A stretch of 64,000 nt of DNA, taken from assembly GCA_947478395.1 (NCBI GenBank), contig CANJVR010000001.1, positions 800,001 to 864,000 of the forward strand, written 5' to 3'. The translations under genes were made by a program, and so were the position numbers. Under the pieces are notes generated by a model that was not told the DNA's origin, did not search any database, and saw only the letters and a program-made list of their open reading frames with translations. The stretch is from Opitutia bacterium. GTDB taxonomy: Bacteria > Verrucomicrobiota > Verrucomicrobiia > Opitutales > Opitutaceae. This document shows positions 39,906-50,139 of the stretch, one piece after another. Each line of letters opens with the position of its first letter. Within the stretch, counting starts at the first letter, position 1.

Positions 39906-40334
39906 CTAGTTCGCCGCCGGCCGTGGGTCCGATGCGATCTCGAACTGGACGCCGCGCGTGGCGCTCAGTTCGAGCATCGCGGCCGAACGACCATTGGGGC
40001 CGCAATGCGGCTGCTTGTTGCGCACCGGTAGGCCCAAGCCCGGCAGCGTGACCATCGATTCCGCCACGTTGTCGACCTTGAAACAAAGATGCTGCAGGCC
40101 CTCGCCGTTTTTATCCAGCCAGGCGCTGAGCGGGTGCTCGGCGCTCAAGGGCTGGACGAGTTGCAGATGCACACCACCACCAGCATCGAGATGCGTCAGC
40201 CGCACGGGAGCGTCCGGCATCACCTGGCTGAAAAGCAGCGGCAGACCCAGCCGATCGCGATAAAACGTCAACGCTTCGTCGGTATCGCGGACGATGATGG
40301 CAATGTGATCAAGGCGTTGAAAAGGAGCGGACAT
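39906..40334 (-). CDS. VOC-family protein (methylmalonyl-CoA epimerase-like)
   Basis: LDHIAIIV, GEGLQHLCFKVDN, TRGVQFE. Confidence 0.8.
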   Translation of the reverse strand: MSAPFQRLDHIAIIVRDTDEALTFYRDRLGLPLLFSQVMPDAPVRLTHLDAGGGVHLQLVQPLSAEHPLSAWLDKNGEGLQHLCFKVDNVAESMVTLPGLGLPVRNKQPHCGPNGRSAAMLELSATRGVQFEIASDPRPAAN

Positions 40335-40593
40335 GCGAGGGTGAACGGGGTTGCGCGTGCGACTCAAGGCCCGACGACCCCGGTGAACGAGTAAATTTTC
40401 GCCGGCGCTAACACCAGAAGGACGCGCGACCACGTCGGCTTCGAATATTGGTCACCGGCCCCGCGTTCATTTCTTGCGTCACTCCGCAACGCGCCACTAT
40501 TGAACAGGACGAAACCGAAATTCGATTTTAGTTTCCGGGCCTCACGCCCCGCTTCCCTCCACCCCGATACACGATCAGAGCACTGGCATTGTT

Positions 40594-41598
40594 ATGAACA
40601 ACACCAACCCCATGAACGACGCTACCCCCACGAACGAGACCAAAGCCGCGACCAGCGCGCCTTCCATCAACCGGCGCGATTTCCTCGCCGCGACGGCCGG
40701 CTTGGTCGCGCTGACTACTTCCGTCGCCAACGCGCAGCAACCCGCACCCGCGGCCGCAGCGGCGACCCCGGCTGCGCCCGCCGGCGGCGGCGGTCGAGGT
40801 GGTCCCGGCATTCCCGCCGGATCGCTCACCTTCAACACCGTCATCACGAAGCTGAAGGAAGGAAAACAGATTTTCAGCAACACGATCATCCAGCCGGACC
40901 TCGAGGCGGTGAAGAAAGCCTGCGTCGGTCAGGACTTCATCTGGATTGAGATGCAACACTCCCGACTCACCTGGCGCGAAACCGAGAACATCATCAAGGT
41001 GGTCGTGGATGCCGGTTGCATCCCGTTTGTCCGCGTGCCGGGCGCATTTGAAGGCGACATCCAGAAGGCCTGCGATGCCGGCGCGCTCGGCATCATCGTT
41101 CCCATGGTTGACGACGTCGAAGAAGCCCGGAACGCCGTCAAGTTTTCCAAATGGCCGATCGGTCATCGCGACAATCCCAACGTCAAGCCGTGGGGCCATC
41201 GTAGCTCGGGCGGCGGCCAGTTTACCGCCCTGTACGGCCCCGGGTACCAGACGAACGCCAACAACAATATCATGGTCATGATCCAAATCGAGAACCCGGA
41301 AGGTGTGGGCCTGATCGACACGATCCTTACCGAGGTTCCCGGCATCGATATCGTCATGGTCGCGAGCAACGATTTCGGCTGGCAGGCGGGCGACCGCGAT
41401 GGCGACGCGAGCTACAACGCGCGGGAAAAGCTGGTCCGCGAAGCCGTGCTCAAGCACGGCAAAATTCTGGCCGGCCCCTCGAGCTGGCAAAACCGCCCCG
41501 GCTACCGCCTCTTCCAAGGCACCCGTAGCGCCACCAACACGGGCTACGATGCTTCGGGCAACCGAATCGAGACGCCCCCAGCCCCCGCCGCCAAATAA
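40594..41598 (+). CDS. HpcH/HpaI aldolase family protein with a twin-arginine signal
   Basis: NRRDFL...ANA signal; WIEMQHS, FVRVP, DAGALGIIVPMV, QIEN, ASND. Confidence 0.8.
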   Translation: MNNTNPMNDATPTNETKAATSAPSINRRDFLAATAGLVALTTSVANAQQPAPAAAAATPAAPAGGGGRGGPGIPAGSLTFNTVITKLKEGKQIFSNTIIQPDLEAVKKACVGQDFIWIEMQHSRLTWRETENIIKVVVDAGCIPFVRVPGAFEGDIQKACDAGALGIIVPMVDDVEEARNAVKFSKWPIGHRDNPNVKPWGHRSSGGGQFTALYGPGYQTNANNNIMVMIQIENPEGVGLIDTILTEVPGIDIVMVASNDFGWQAGDRDGDASYNAREKLVREAVLKHGKILAGPSSWQNRPGYRLFQGTRSATNTGYDASGNRIETPPAPAAK

Positions 41599-41707
41599 TA
41601 ATTCCACCGGGCCGGCCAGAAGGCGTGAGCCTTCCAGCCGGCCCGTTCGTCTTTTTCCCATGCAAAAATCCCTGCCACCCACCGCGAGGGATTCTGATCT
41701 CAAGTGA

Positions 41708-42205
41708 ATGAACTCCACCTCCGCTAAATTCGTCGCGTCTCGCGTTCAACGTCGTCTCCAGGCCGTCGCCGCGGCGACGCTGGCCACGGGGCTGACCCTT
41801 TCGATTGTAACCGCCGAGGAAACTCCCGCCGCGGCGCCAGCCGCTGACGGCGCCGCGGCGAACGTGTGGTCGGGAGTTTTTTCGCCTGAGCAAGTCGTCC
41901 GCGGGCGCCGCAGCTACAATTCGCTCTGTGCGCGCTGCCACGGCGAAGCGCTGGGCGGCGGCGAAGATTCGCCCACGCTCGTCGACAAAGATTTCCTCAA
42001 AAACTGGTACGGAAAAACCGTCGGCGAACTCGTCGAATACACCCGCACGGAAATGCCTTCCGATGGTCCCGGCAAAGTAACGCGCAAACAAAGTACCGAT
42101 ATCACGACCTACGTCCTCGCGACTAATGGCTTCCCGACGGGCGCCAGCGAGCTCGCGCCCGATCCGGACAAGATGAACCAGATTCAAATTACCCCAAAAA
42201 AATGA
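41708..42205 (+). CDS. Monoheme cytochrome c
   Basis: Signal/TM segment, CARCH, distal MP motif. Confidence 0.88.
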   Translation: MNSTSAKFVASRVQRRLQAVAAATLATGLTLSIVTAEETPAAAPAADGAAANVWSGVFSPEQVVRGRRSYNSLCARCHGEALGGGEDSPTLVDKDFLKNWYGKTVGELVEYTRTEMPSDGPGKVTRKQSTDITTYVLATNGFPTGASELAPDPDKMNQIQITPKK

Positions 42206-44220
42206 GACTATACCCTGCCTGTTTTTTATTAAGCCTGATTTTGCCGGCCACGTTTGTCCCCTGCGCTTTAGCGCAACAGGGCGCCAAAGGCGGCGAATGG
42301 CGTTTCTACGGCGGCGACGCCGGCAACACGAAGTATTCGCCGCTTGATCAAATCAACGCGTCGAACGCCAAGAACCTCACCATCGCCTGGCGCTGGAAGG
42401 CCGAGAACTTCGGCCCTCGCCCCGATTATAACTGGGAAGTCACACCCCTGATGGTTGGCGGCGTGCTGTATTTCACCGCCGGCTCCCGCCGTGACGTTGT
42501 CGCCGTGGACGGCGCCACCGGTGAAACACTGTGGATGTACCGGCTCCAAGAGGGCGAGCGCGGCGATCGCGCCGTGCGCACGCAAAATCGCGGACTCGCC
42601 TACTGGAGCGACGGCAAAAACGATCAGCGCATCATCCTTATTTCCCCCGGCTTTCAATTGGTCGCACTCGACGCGAAAACCGGCCGGCCTGTACCGACAT
42701 TCGGCAAAGAAGGGATCGTCGATCTCACCGAAGGTCTCGACCGCGATGTCGTGAAGCCCGGCCAGATCGGCTCCAGTTCACCCGCCATTGTCATCAAAGA
42801 CACCGTCGTCGTCGGCGCCGCGCTGCTCGCTGGCACCGCGCCGGCTTCGAAAACGAATGTCCCAGGCTACATCCGCGGCTTCGACGTTCGCACGGGTAAA
42901 CGTACCTGGACGTTCAAGACCGTTCCTCAGGCCGGCGAAGAAGGTAACGAAACGTGGGAAAAAGATTCCTGGAAGTACACCGGTAACACCGGTGCCTGGG
43001 CCCCGCTCGCGGGCGACGAAGAACTCGGCTACGTCTACATCCCTGTCGAGGCCCCAACCGGCGATTTCTACGGCGGTCATCGCCCCGGCGATAATCTGTT
43101 TTCCTCCAGCTTAGTCTGCCTTGACGCCAAGACCGGCAAGAAAGTCTGGCACTTCCAGGTCATTCACCACGACATCTGGGACTACGAGCCGTCGTCGCCG
43201 CCGATACTCGCCGATGTCACGGTCGCGGGGAAGAAAATCAAGATCGTCGCACTCGTGACGAAATTCGCCCACACGTTCGTGTTCGATCGCATCACCGGCA
43301 AACCCGTGTGGCCCATCGTGGAGACGCCCGTGCCGCAGTCCGACGTCCCCGGCGAAAAAACCTCCCCCACCCAGCCGATTCCCACCAAGCCGCTGCCCTT
43401 CGACCGGCAGAGCATTACGGTTGATGATCTCGTCGATTTCAGCCCTGCGATCAGGGCCGAGGCGGAAAAGATTCTCGCGAAATACCGGACCGGGCCGCTC
43501 TTCCTGCCGCCGATGGTCCGCGATACGGATGGAAAAATTGCGACGCTCATCCTCCCCCATCACACCGGCGGCGCCAATTGGCCCGGTGGCGCACTCGATC
43601 CCGAGACGGGTATCATGTACGTGTCTTCCCTCACCAATCCGGACGCCCTCGCGGTCGCAGCGGCCGACCCCAAGCGCACCGACATGGCTTACACCGGAGC
43701 TGTCGGCGGCCGTACCGCCGCCAATTCCGGCAGCGGACCGGGCGGACAACCCGTCCTGACCGGCGAAGGTCCGTCACGGCCTAATATCGGGCCGCAGGGC
43801 CTGCCCTTGATTCGTCCACCCTGGGGCCGCATCACCGCGATCGATCTGAACTCCGGCGACCACGTCTGGATGATCGCGAACGGTGAGGCGCCCGATATGG
43901 TAAAAAACAATCCGGCGCTCAAGGGTCTCAACATCGATCTCTCGCGCGCCGGCAAACCGGAGCGTTCGCCGTTGATGGTCACGAAGACCCTCCTCTTCGG
44001 CGCCGATGGCTCAGGCCTCTTCAACGCCGGACCAGGCGGCGGCGGGAAAATCTTCCGCGCGATCGACAAGAAAACCGGCGCCATCGTCCACGAGATGGCC
44101 CTCCCCTCCAGCACGACCGGCATTCCGATGACCTACATGGTCAACGACCGGCAGTATATCGTCGTGGCCGTCGGCGCGCGCGGCGTTCCGGCCGAATTGA
44201 TCGCCCTCGCTGTTCCCTAA
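42202..44220 (+). CDS. PQQ-dependent dehydrogenase (glucose/quinate type, soluble periplasmic)
   Basis: YSPLDQIN, Trp-docking repeats, HHDIWDY, GGANWPG, PPWGRITAIDL, PMTY..RQYIV. Confidence 0.9.
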   Translation: MRLYPACFLLSLILPATFVPCALAQQGAKGGEWRFYGGDAGNTKYSPLDQINASNAKNLTIAWRWKAENFGPRPDYNWEVTPLMVGGVLYFTAGSRRDVVAVDGATGETLWMYRLQEGERGDRAVRTQNRGLAYWSDGKNDQRIILISPGFQLVALDAKTGRPVPTFGKEGIVDLTEGLDRDVVKPGQIGSSSPAIVIKDTVVVGAALLAGTAPASKTNVPGYIRGFDVRTGKRTWTFKTVPQAGEEGNETWEKDSWKYTGNTGAWAPLAGDEELGYVYIPVEAPTGDFYGGHRPGDNLFSSSLVCLDAKTGKKVWHFQVIHHDIWDYEPSSPPILADVTVAGKKIKIVALVTKFAHTFVFDRITGKPVWPIVETPVPQSDVPGEKTSPTQPIPTKPLPFDRQSITVDDLVDFSPAIRAEAEKILAKYRTGPLFLPPMVRDTDGKIATLILPHHTGGANWPGGALDPETGIMYVSSLTNPDALAVAAADPKRTDMAYTGAVGGRTAANSGSGPGGQPVLTGEGPSRPNIGPQGLPLIRPPWGRITAIDLNSGDHVWMIANGEAPDMVKNNPALKGLNIDLSRAGKPERSPLMVTKTLLFGADGSGLFNAGPGGGGKIFRAIDKKTGAIVHEMALPSSTTGIPMTYMVNDRQYIVVAVGARGVPAELIALAVP

Positions 44221-44232
44221 ACAAAACGGGCC

Positions 44233-44264
44233 AACGGTCGCCGCGCGGGTCGGCGGCCGTTTTT
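44233..44264 (+). terminator. Probable intrinsic terminator
   Basis: AACGGTCGCCG-loop-CGGCGGCCGTT followed by Ts. Confidence 0.6.
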
Positions 44265-44353
44265 CCCGGACCGTGCAGATACGTTCCCGCCGCAGCTTCG
44301 GGTCCGCCGCGATCTAAAATGATTCGGCTATTCGCGTAGCCGTCACCCCGCTC

Positions 44354-45379
44354 ATGAAAAATAGCTTATCCCTCCTCGCCGGCCTAGCCCTCTGCTTGAT
44401 CGCACCGCACATCGCGGCCGCCGATACTCGCGCCGACTTCCTTAAACTCATCGACCGCCCGCGGGTCGCCCTTGCACCGGAAATCAAGGACACGCCGTCC
44501 ACCGATGGCCTCTCGCAAACCGCGTTCAGTTACGCCTCCGACGCCAACAACCGGGTCCCGGGAATTTTGCTCAAGGCTCCGCACGTCTCCGGCCGCCGGC
44601 CCGTGATCATCGTGCTGCACGGCACCGGCGGCACCAAGGAAGGCGAGCTGCCCTACATGGCTGACCTCGTGCAGGCCGGCTTTATCGCGGTTTCCATCGA
44701 CGGCCGTTATCACGGCGCGCGCACCAAATCCGGCAAAGGCTCCGTCGAGTATGTCGATGCGATCCTGCGCACCTTCCGCACCGGCAAGGAACTTCCGTTC
44801 TTCTACGACACCGCGTGGGACACCATGCGCCTCGTCGACTATCTCGTCACGCGCGATGACGTTGATCCGAAGCGCATCGGCATTTTCGGCACATCCAAAG
44901 GCGGCATCGAAGCCTATCTCACCGCAGCCGCTGATCCGCGCATCGCGGTTACCGTGCCGTGCATCGGATTGGAAAGTTTCCAATGGGCCACCGAAAACAA
45001 TTCGTGGCAGTCGCGCATCGGGACCGTGCAGGTGGCGTTCGACGCCGCGGCGAAAGATAGCGGCGTCGAAAACCCCAGCGGCGAATTTGTCCACACGTTT
45101 TACTCGCGTATCGCCCCGGGCCTTGATCGCGAATTCGACGGGCCCTCGATGGTGAAGATGATCGCGCCGCGGCCCCTGCTCTCGATCAACGGCGAAATCG
45201 ATCCCCGCACACCCCTGCCCGGTTTGAATCTCTGCGTCGACTCCGCCCGGGCCGCCTACGGTGCCGCCGGCGCCGCGGAAAAATTTGTCCTGCAGATTCA
45301 GCCCAATACCGGGCACAAAGTGAATCCCGAGTCCAAGGTGCTCGCCCGCGATTGGTTCGTGCGGTGGTTGAAGCCGTAA
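44354..45379 (+). CDS. Secreted alpha/beta hydrolase (esterase)
   Basis: LHGTGG, GTSKGG nucleophile elbow, NGEID, TGH. Confidence 0.85.
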   Translation: MKNSLSLLAGLALCLIAPHIAAADTRADFLKLIDRPRVALAPEIKDTPSTDGLSQTAFSYASDANNRVPGILLKAPHVSGRRPVIIVLHGTGGTKEGELPYMADLVQAGFIAVSIDGRYHGARTKSGKGSVEYVDAILRTFRTGKELPFFYDTAWDTMRLVDYLVTRDDVDPKRIGIFGTSKGGIEAYLTAAADPRIAVTVPCIGLESFQWATENNSWQSRIGTVQVAFDAAAKDSGVENPSGEFVHTFYSRIAPGLDREFDGPSMVKMIAPRPLLSINGEIDPRTPLPGLNLCVDSARAAYGAAGAAEKFVLQIQPNTGHKVNPESKVLARDWFVRWLKP

Positions 45380-45488
45380 GCGGGCAGAAAGTAGGGCACC
45401 TAGCCCTAACGCGCCGTGGCGGGATACTAAGCGTTTTCGAACCAGGCGAATCAGGGATAATCCGCCCCACCAAAGCCGCCCAAGAAAT

Positions 45489-46364
45489 CTATCCCTCCGC
45501 CAGCTTCTCGAGGAGCGCGACGACCATCTGATTACACGGCGTCGGTATGCCGTGCTTACGGCCGAACCGCACCACCGCGCCGTTCCGCGCGTCGATTTCC
45601 ATCCGCCGCCCGGCAAGCCGGTCGGCGTGCAGCGAATTCAAAATATCCGCCGGCCCTTTCCGAAAAATATCGAGCGTGCCCTCGATCATCGAATCATCGA
45701 GCGCCGCGCCTTCCGCCCGGGCAACGGCGATGCATTCACGCATCATGTCGCGCGACACGGCGGCGATACGCTCGTCGCGAAAAATGCCGTTCGGCTGGAG
45801 CAGGATCGCCGTCAACGCCCCCGGCGCATTGAGGCACAGCTTCCGCCAAAGTTCGGTCGTGAAATCGGGCGTCGTCTCCACCCCGATCTCGGTGCCGGCA
45901 AACAACGCCGCGAATTCGCGCCCCGGCCCGCCTTCCTCCACCACCAGGCGCGCCGCCCGCCGCTGGCGAATGCGACCGGGCTCAGAACGCTCCGCAGGAC
46001 AATAGACGAGCACCGGTAGAATTTTCTCCGGCGCGAGATACGGCGCGAAGCGGGCGCGGTGCTCGACGCCATTTTGCAAAATTGCCACGCGCGCGCCGTG
46101 GGCGGTGAGTTGGGAAAACCATGCCGCTGTGCTCTCGGCGTCGTAGGCCTTCGTCGCCACCAGCACCCAGTCGACGGCGGGCGCTTCGGCCGGCGCGGTC
46201 ACGACCCTTGGCTGCGTCGAGAACGTTTCGGTCGGCGTCTCAACGGTAAGGTTTTCCAGCGCACGACGCGCGCAGACGGTGACGTCGTGCGCGCCCGTAC
46301 GGCCGAGCCAGGCGGCCATCACGCCGCCGATGGCACCCGGACCGATGATCGCAACGCGAGCCAC
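45489..46364 (-). CDS. panE: 2-dehydropantoate 2-reductase family protein
   Basis: IIGPGAIGG, ATKAY, LQNG, WRKLCLN, SLHAD..RRMEIDARNG; GTG start. Confidence 0.85.
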   Translation of the reverse strand: MARVAIIGPGAIGGVMAAWLGRTGAHDVTVCARRALENLTVETPTETFSTQPRVVTAPAEAPAVDWVLVATKAYDAESTAAWFSQLTAHGARVAILQNGVEHRARFAPYLAPEKILPVLVYCPAERSEPGRIRQRRAARLVVEEGGPGREFAALFAGTEIGVETTPDFTTELWRKLCLNAPGALTAILLQPNGIFRDERIAAVSRDMMRECIAVARAEGAALDDSMIEGTLDIFRKGPADILNSLHADRLAGRRMEIDARNGAVVRFGRKHGIPTPCNQMVVALLEKLAEG

Positions 46365-46374
46365 GCGCGGGCCG

Positions 46375-47373
46375 TTACCAGCCCGCGCCCTTGGTGAGCG
46401 TCGCCACGCGGACGACGAAATAGTCGGAAGTGATGTAAAGCACGGAGCCGTCATCGCCCCAGTTGCAGTTGCTCGACTGCTCGCCGGTGTGGATGCGGCC
46501 GATAAGCTTGGCGGCGGGCGAGATCACGAGGACGCCGCCGGCGCCGCTACTCCAGATATTGCCGGCGCGGTCAACTTTGAGGCCGTCGCAGCCGCCCTTG
46601 TTCTGGTCGTTCACCATCGGCTGGGCGTTGAAGAAAATCCGTTCATTGGCGAGCGTGCCGTCGGCCTTCACGTCGTAGGCGTAGATGCGCGCGGCGTCGG
46701 CCTCGGTGGAGCCAACGTAGAGAATTTTTTCGTCGGGCGAGAGAGCCAGGCCGTTGGGATAGGGCAAGCTCTTCGAAAGGAGCGTGACCTTGCCGTCGGT
46801 CGCGATGCGGTAGATGCCGGCAAAGTCCACTTCGCGCAGCTTCGACTTCGAGATGTCGGTCAGGCCGTAGGGCGGGTCGGTGAAGAGAACGTCGCCGCTC
46901 TTCTTCACGATGAGATCGTTCGGGCTATTAAAACGCTTACCTTCGTACCGGTCGGCCAGGACGGTAAAGGTGCCGTTTTCCCACCGGGCCACGCGGCGCT
47001 CGCCGTGCTGGCAGAGCAGGAGGCGGCCCTGCGCATCGCGAGTCATGCCGTTGCTGCCGGGCTCGCGGATCCCTGCGTTGGCAGTGAAGAGTCCACTGGG
47101 GCGCAAATAGGGGACGGCGTTCGGCATGCCGGACTTCCACTGGTAGGCGGTGTTGGCGAGCACGTCCGAGAACAGGATGCCGCCGTCATACCACACCGGC
47201 CCTTCAGACCAGCGGAGTCCCTCGGCGATTTTTTCGATCTTGGTGGTCGGAGCGACGAGCTGGTCAAAGGCCGGATCGAGGCGCTCAACGCTACCGACAA
47301 ACGGATGCGGTTTCTCGTCGAAGGCGAACAGCGCCAGCGGCGCAAGGAGGAGGAATAGGAGCGAGGATTTCAT
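46375..47373 (-). CDS. SMP-30/gluconolactonase family protein, secreted
   Basis: SEGPVW, GSNG, FNSPND, FTDPPYG, PNGLALSPD, DGLKVD. Confidence 0.9.
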   Translation of the reverse strand: MKSSLLFLLLAPLALFAFDEKPHPFVGSVERLDPAFDQLVAPTTKIEKIAEGLRWSEGPVWYDGGILFSDVLANTAYQWKSGMPNAVPYLRPSGLFTANAGIREPGSNGMTRDAQGRLLLCQHGERRVARWENGTFTVLADRYEGKRFNSPNDLIVKKSGDVLFTDPPYGLTDISKSKLREVDFAGIYRIATDGKVTLLSKSLPYPNGLALSPDEKILYVGSTEADAARIYAYDVKADGTLANERIFFNAQPMVNDQNKGGCDGLKVDRAGNIWSSGAGGVLVISPAAKLIGRIHTGEQSSNCNWGDDGSVLYITSDYFVVRVATLTKGAGW

Positions 47374-47539
47374 GGCGTCGAGCGTGTTTAGCATCCGGCC
47401 ACGTCGGATCAACGTTCAACCTCACGCAGCGCCAGTTTTTATCGCCCAGCATTTGGCGCCTGATGGCATTCCATCGGCCTTTGGCTATCGGACCGCTGGA
47501 CACCCGCTGGGGATTGGGCACGGTGAGATTTCGACTATT

Positions 47540-48655
47540 ATGAAGTTCACTCCCGACAAACCGCCGCTGACCGGTGAAACGCTCGACACGCTCACCACGC
47601 GTCTGGCGGAACAGGGCCAACCGACATTTCGCGCGAAACAAATTCTCGACTGGGTTTATAAAAAACGCGCGCGCACCTGGGACGAGATGACGAATCTCCC
47701 CAAGCCGCTCCGCGCCTGGCTCGACACGACCTTCGATCTCGTTCCGACCTCGCTCGTGCTCCACAAGGAATCGCACGACGTCACCGACAAACTTCTCCTC
47801 GAGATGCGCGATGGTTCGCTCATCGAAACCGTCATCATCCGCGCCCCGCAGGACGACGTTGGGGAAGAGCACTCGCGCAAGACCATCTGCATCTCCACTC
47901 AGGTCGGCTGCGCCATGGCCTGCGTGTTTTGCGCGAGCGGCCTCGCCGGCTTGAAACGTGATCTCTCCGCCGGCGAGATTGTCGCCCAGCTCCTGCAGGT
48001 GTGTTACCGCGAAGACGCCCGCACGCCGCGGGCCCGCCCCGAGTTGGCGTCGTTCGACAACATCGTCGTCATGGGCATGGGCGAACCGCTCGCCAATTAC
48101 GACGCGCTCATCCGCGCGCTCACCATCCTTAACGCCGAGTGGGGCCTCGGCTTTGGCGCGCGCCGTATCACCGTTTCAACCAGCGGCCTCGTCCCGAAAA
48201 TCCTGAAACTCGCCGAGGAGCCGCTCGGGTTTCGCCTCGCGGTTTCCCTCCATGGCGCGACCGACGAAGTGCGCGAGAAAATCATGCCGATTAACAAGGC
48301 GTACCCGCTGGCGAAACTGATTCCCGCCGTCCGCGAGTTTTCAGAAAAGCACGGCCGCATGATCACACTGGAGTTTATCCTCATCGAGGACGTGAACGAC
48401 TCGATCGACCAGGCCGGCGAACTACGTGACATCGCTCGGGACCTCCACGCCCACGTGAACATCATTCCTTACAACACGGTGGAAGGCCTGCCTTGGAAAC
48501 GTCCGAGCGTAGAACGCCAGGAAAGTTTCGCCGATGTGCTGCGAGCGGCGCGCGTGCCCGTGACGCTGCGCCGGGAAAAAGGCCACGACATCGCCGCCGC
48601 CTGTGGGCAACTTCGCCTCAAAACCGAAAAAGACCGCGAGCTGGCGGCGATGTAG
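47540..48655 (+). CDS. rlmN: 23S rRNA m2A2503 / tRNA methyltransferase
   Basis: CISTQVGCAMACVFC, MGMGEP, STSG, SLH, DIAAACGQL. Confidence 0.96.
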   Translation: MKFTPDKPPLTGETLDTLTTRLAEQGQPTFRAKQILDWVYKKRARTWDEMTNLPKPLRAWLDTTFDLVPTSLVLHKESHDVTDKLLLEMRDGSLIETVIIRAPQDDVGEEHSRKTICISTQVGCAMACVFCASGLAGLKRDLSAGEIVAQLLQVCYREDARTPRARPELASFDNIVVMGMGEPLANYDALIRALTILNAEWGLGFGARRITVSTSGLVPKILKLAEEPLGFRLAVSLHGATDEVREKIMPINKAYPLAKLIPAVREFSEKHGRMITLEFILIEDVNDSIDQAGELRDIARDLHAHVNIIPYNTVEGLPWKRPSVERQESFADVLRAARVPVTLRREKGHDIAAACGQLRLKTEKDRELAAM

Positions 48656-49004
48656 CGCTGCGACCGCGCCGAAGAACCGGCGCAGCGACACCCCGCCAGT
48701 GAGCACCCCTATCAGAGAGGAGATTTTCGGCGCTGGATTGATTTCCCTCTTGAGCCGGCCTCGACCCTGAGCGCCGTCGATCGGGGCGCCCGCAGGGTGC
48801 GGTTCTTTTCCGCCGCGCGCTGGTGGCGCGAATCCGGATTGCGCGTCGTGTTCCACTCAAAATTCGCGCCTGCGATCGACTTCGTGAACCGCCACGCACC
48901 TTGGTGCCAGCCGCCGTTTCGCGCTCAACGCGTCGACGAAACCGCCGCCTTCCTGGTTTTGGCCGTCGCTGCGCTGCCGTAACCGACCGAGTAAAACTCC
49001 GCTC

Positions 49005-49065
49005 GTAGGCCAGCGCGCTTGCGCGCACCATGCGACCCGAAGCGCGCGCCATCGCGCTGATCTAC
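49005..49065. repeat. GTAG...CTAC-bounded inverted REP pair
   Basis: GTAGGCCAGCGCG..GCGCGC / GCGCGC..TCGCGCTGATCTAC. Confidence 0.55.
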
Positions 49066-49340
49066 ACCGAAGATCGGCCGAGGTGATTCAAATCAGCTCT
49101 ACGCCAAAAATGTGCGTTCACGAAAATTCCCGTCACGGCCCGAAATATCTGGTGTCCTGAGCCAGCGGCCCATCCGCTGACGGCCGCCCCACCGCCGTCG
49201 GCGCGCTTAAAAATTTTCTCTTGCCCGGCCCCAGCCATTTTTTTTACGCACCTCTTTCGTCGGCAACCCAACGCGGAACTTTTCGCAGCCGGCGCCGTCC
49301 CAGCGGCTAGCTCTCTTTTCTCGTTTACCCCCCTTCTCTC

Positions 49341-50063
49341 ATGATCGAAGTCAACGGCCTCGTTAAAACCTACGGCGCCAAGCGCGCGGTGGACGGCGTC
49401 ACGTTCAAGGTCAACCGCGGTGACATCCTCGGTTTCCTCGGCCCCAACGGCGCCGGAAAATCCACTACGATGAAGATGATCACTGGCTTCATCCGTCCCG
49501 ATGCCGGCACCGCAACCGTCGGCGGGATCGACGTCACGGCCGATCCCGTGGGCGTGAAACGGCAGCTCGGTTACCTGCCAGAAAGCGCGCCGGCCTACCC
49601 GGAGATGACAGTGAACGAATTCCTCGGTTTCATCGCGGAGATCCGCGGCTTTCGCGCGACCGTCGAAAAACGCGCGCGGGTCGAACACGTCCTCGGCCTC
49701 ACTCACCTGCTCTCCGTGCGCCACCAGACGATCGAAACGCTCTCGAAGGGCTACAAGCAACGCGTCGGTTTCGCCCAAGCCCTGCTCCACAATCCGCCCG
49801 CGCTCATCCTCGATGAACCGACCGACGGTCTCGACCCGAATCAGAAAAACGAAGTCCGCACGCTCATTAAAAACATGGCCGCCGAAAAGGCGGTGATTCT
49901 CTCGACCCACATTCTCGAGGAGGTCGATGCGATCTGTACCCGTGTGATCGTCATTTCGCGCGGCCGCGTCGTCGCCGACGAAACACCCGCCCAACTCCAC
50001 GCGCGCGCGCCGGGCGCCCGGCTCGACGAAATCTTCCGCACGCTCACGAGCTCAGACACCTAA
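49341..50063 (+). CDS. ABC transporter ATP-binding protein (GldA-like)
   Basis: GPNGAGKST, LSKGYKQR, ILDEPT, STH. Confidence 0.93.
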   Translation: MIEVNGLVKTYGAKRAVDGVTFKVNRGDILGFLGPNGAGKSTTMKMITGFIRPDAGTATVGGIDVTADPVGVKRQLGYLPESAPAYPEMTVNEFLGFIAEIRGFRATVEKRARVEHVLGLTHLLSVRHQTIETLSKGYKQRVGFAQALLHNPPALILDEPTDGLDPNQKNEVRTLIKNMAAEKAVILSTHILEEVDAICTRVIVISRGRVVADETPAQLHARAPGARLDEIFRTLTSSDT

Positions 50064-50065
50064 AC

Positions 50066-50124
50066 GGAAGCGCGGCCGCCCCGACCGCATTGCATCCCGC
50101 AGCCGGGGGCGGCCGCGCTCCCAC
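50066..50124. repeat. Inverted pair of family A REP-like repeats
   Basis: GGAAGCGCGGCCGCCCCGACCGC ... GCAGCCGGGGGCGGCCGCGCTCCC. Confidence 0.6.
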
Positions 50125-50139
50125 TTAAAACTTTTCCCC

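Noticed and set aside
46279..47358. Long antisense ORFs (for example 46279..47358, 6218..7357, 38603..39886, 53858..55000)
   Set aside because: Shadow ORFs opposite well-supported genes, expected in high-GC DNA
48656..49340. ~680-nt gap after rlmN as a hidden gene or ncRNA
   Set aside because: Only short motif-less ORFs and REP-like palindromes; no known RNA signature
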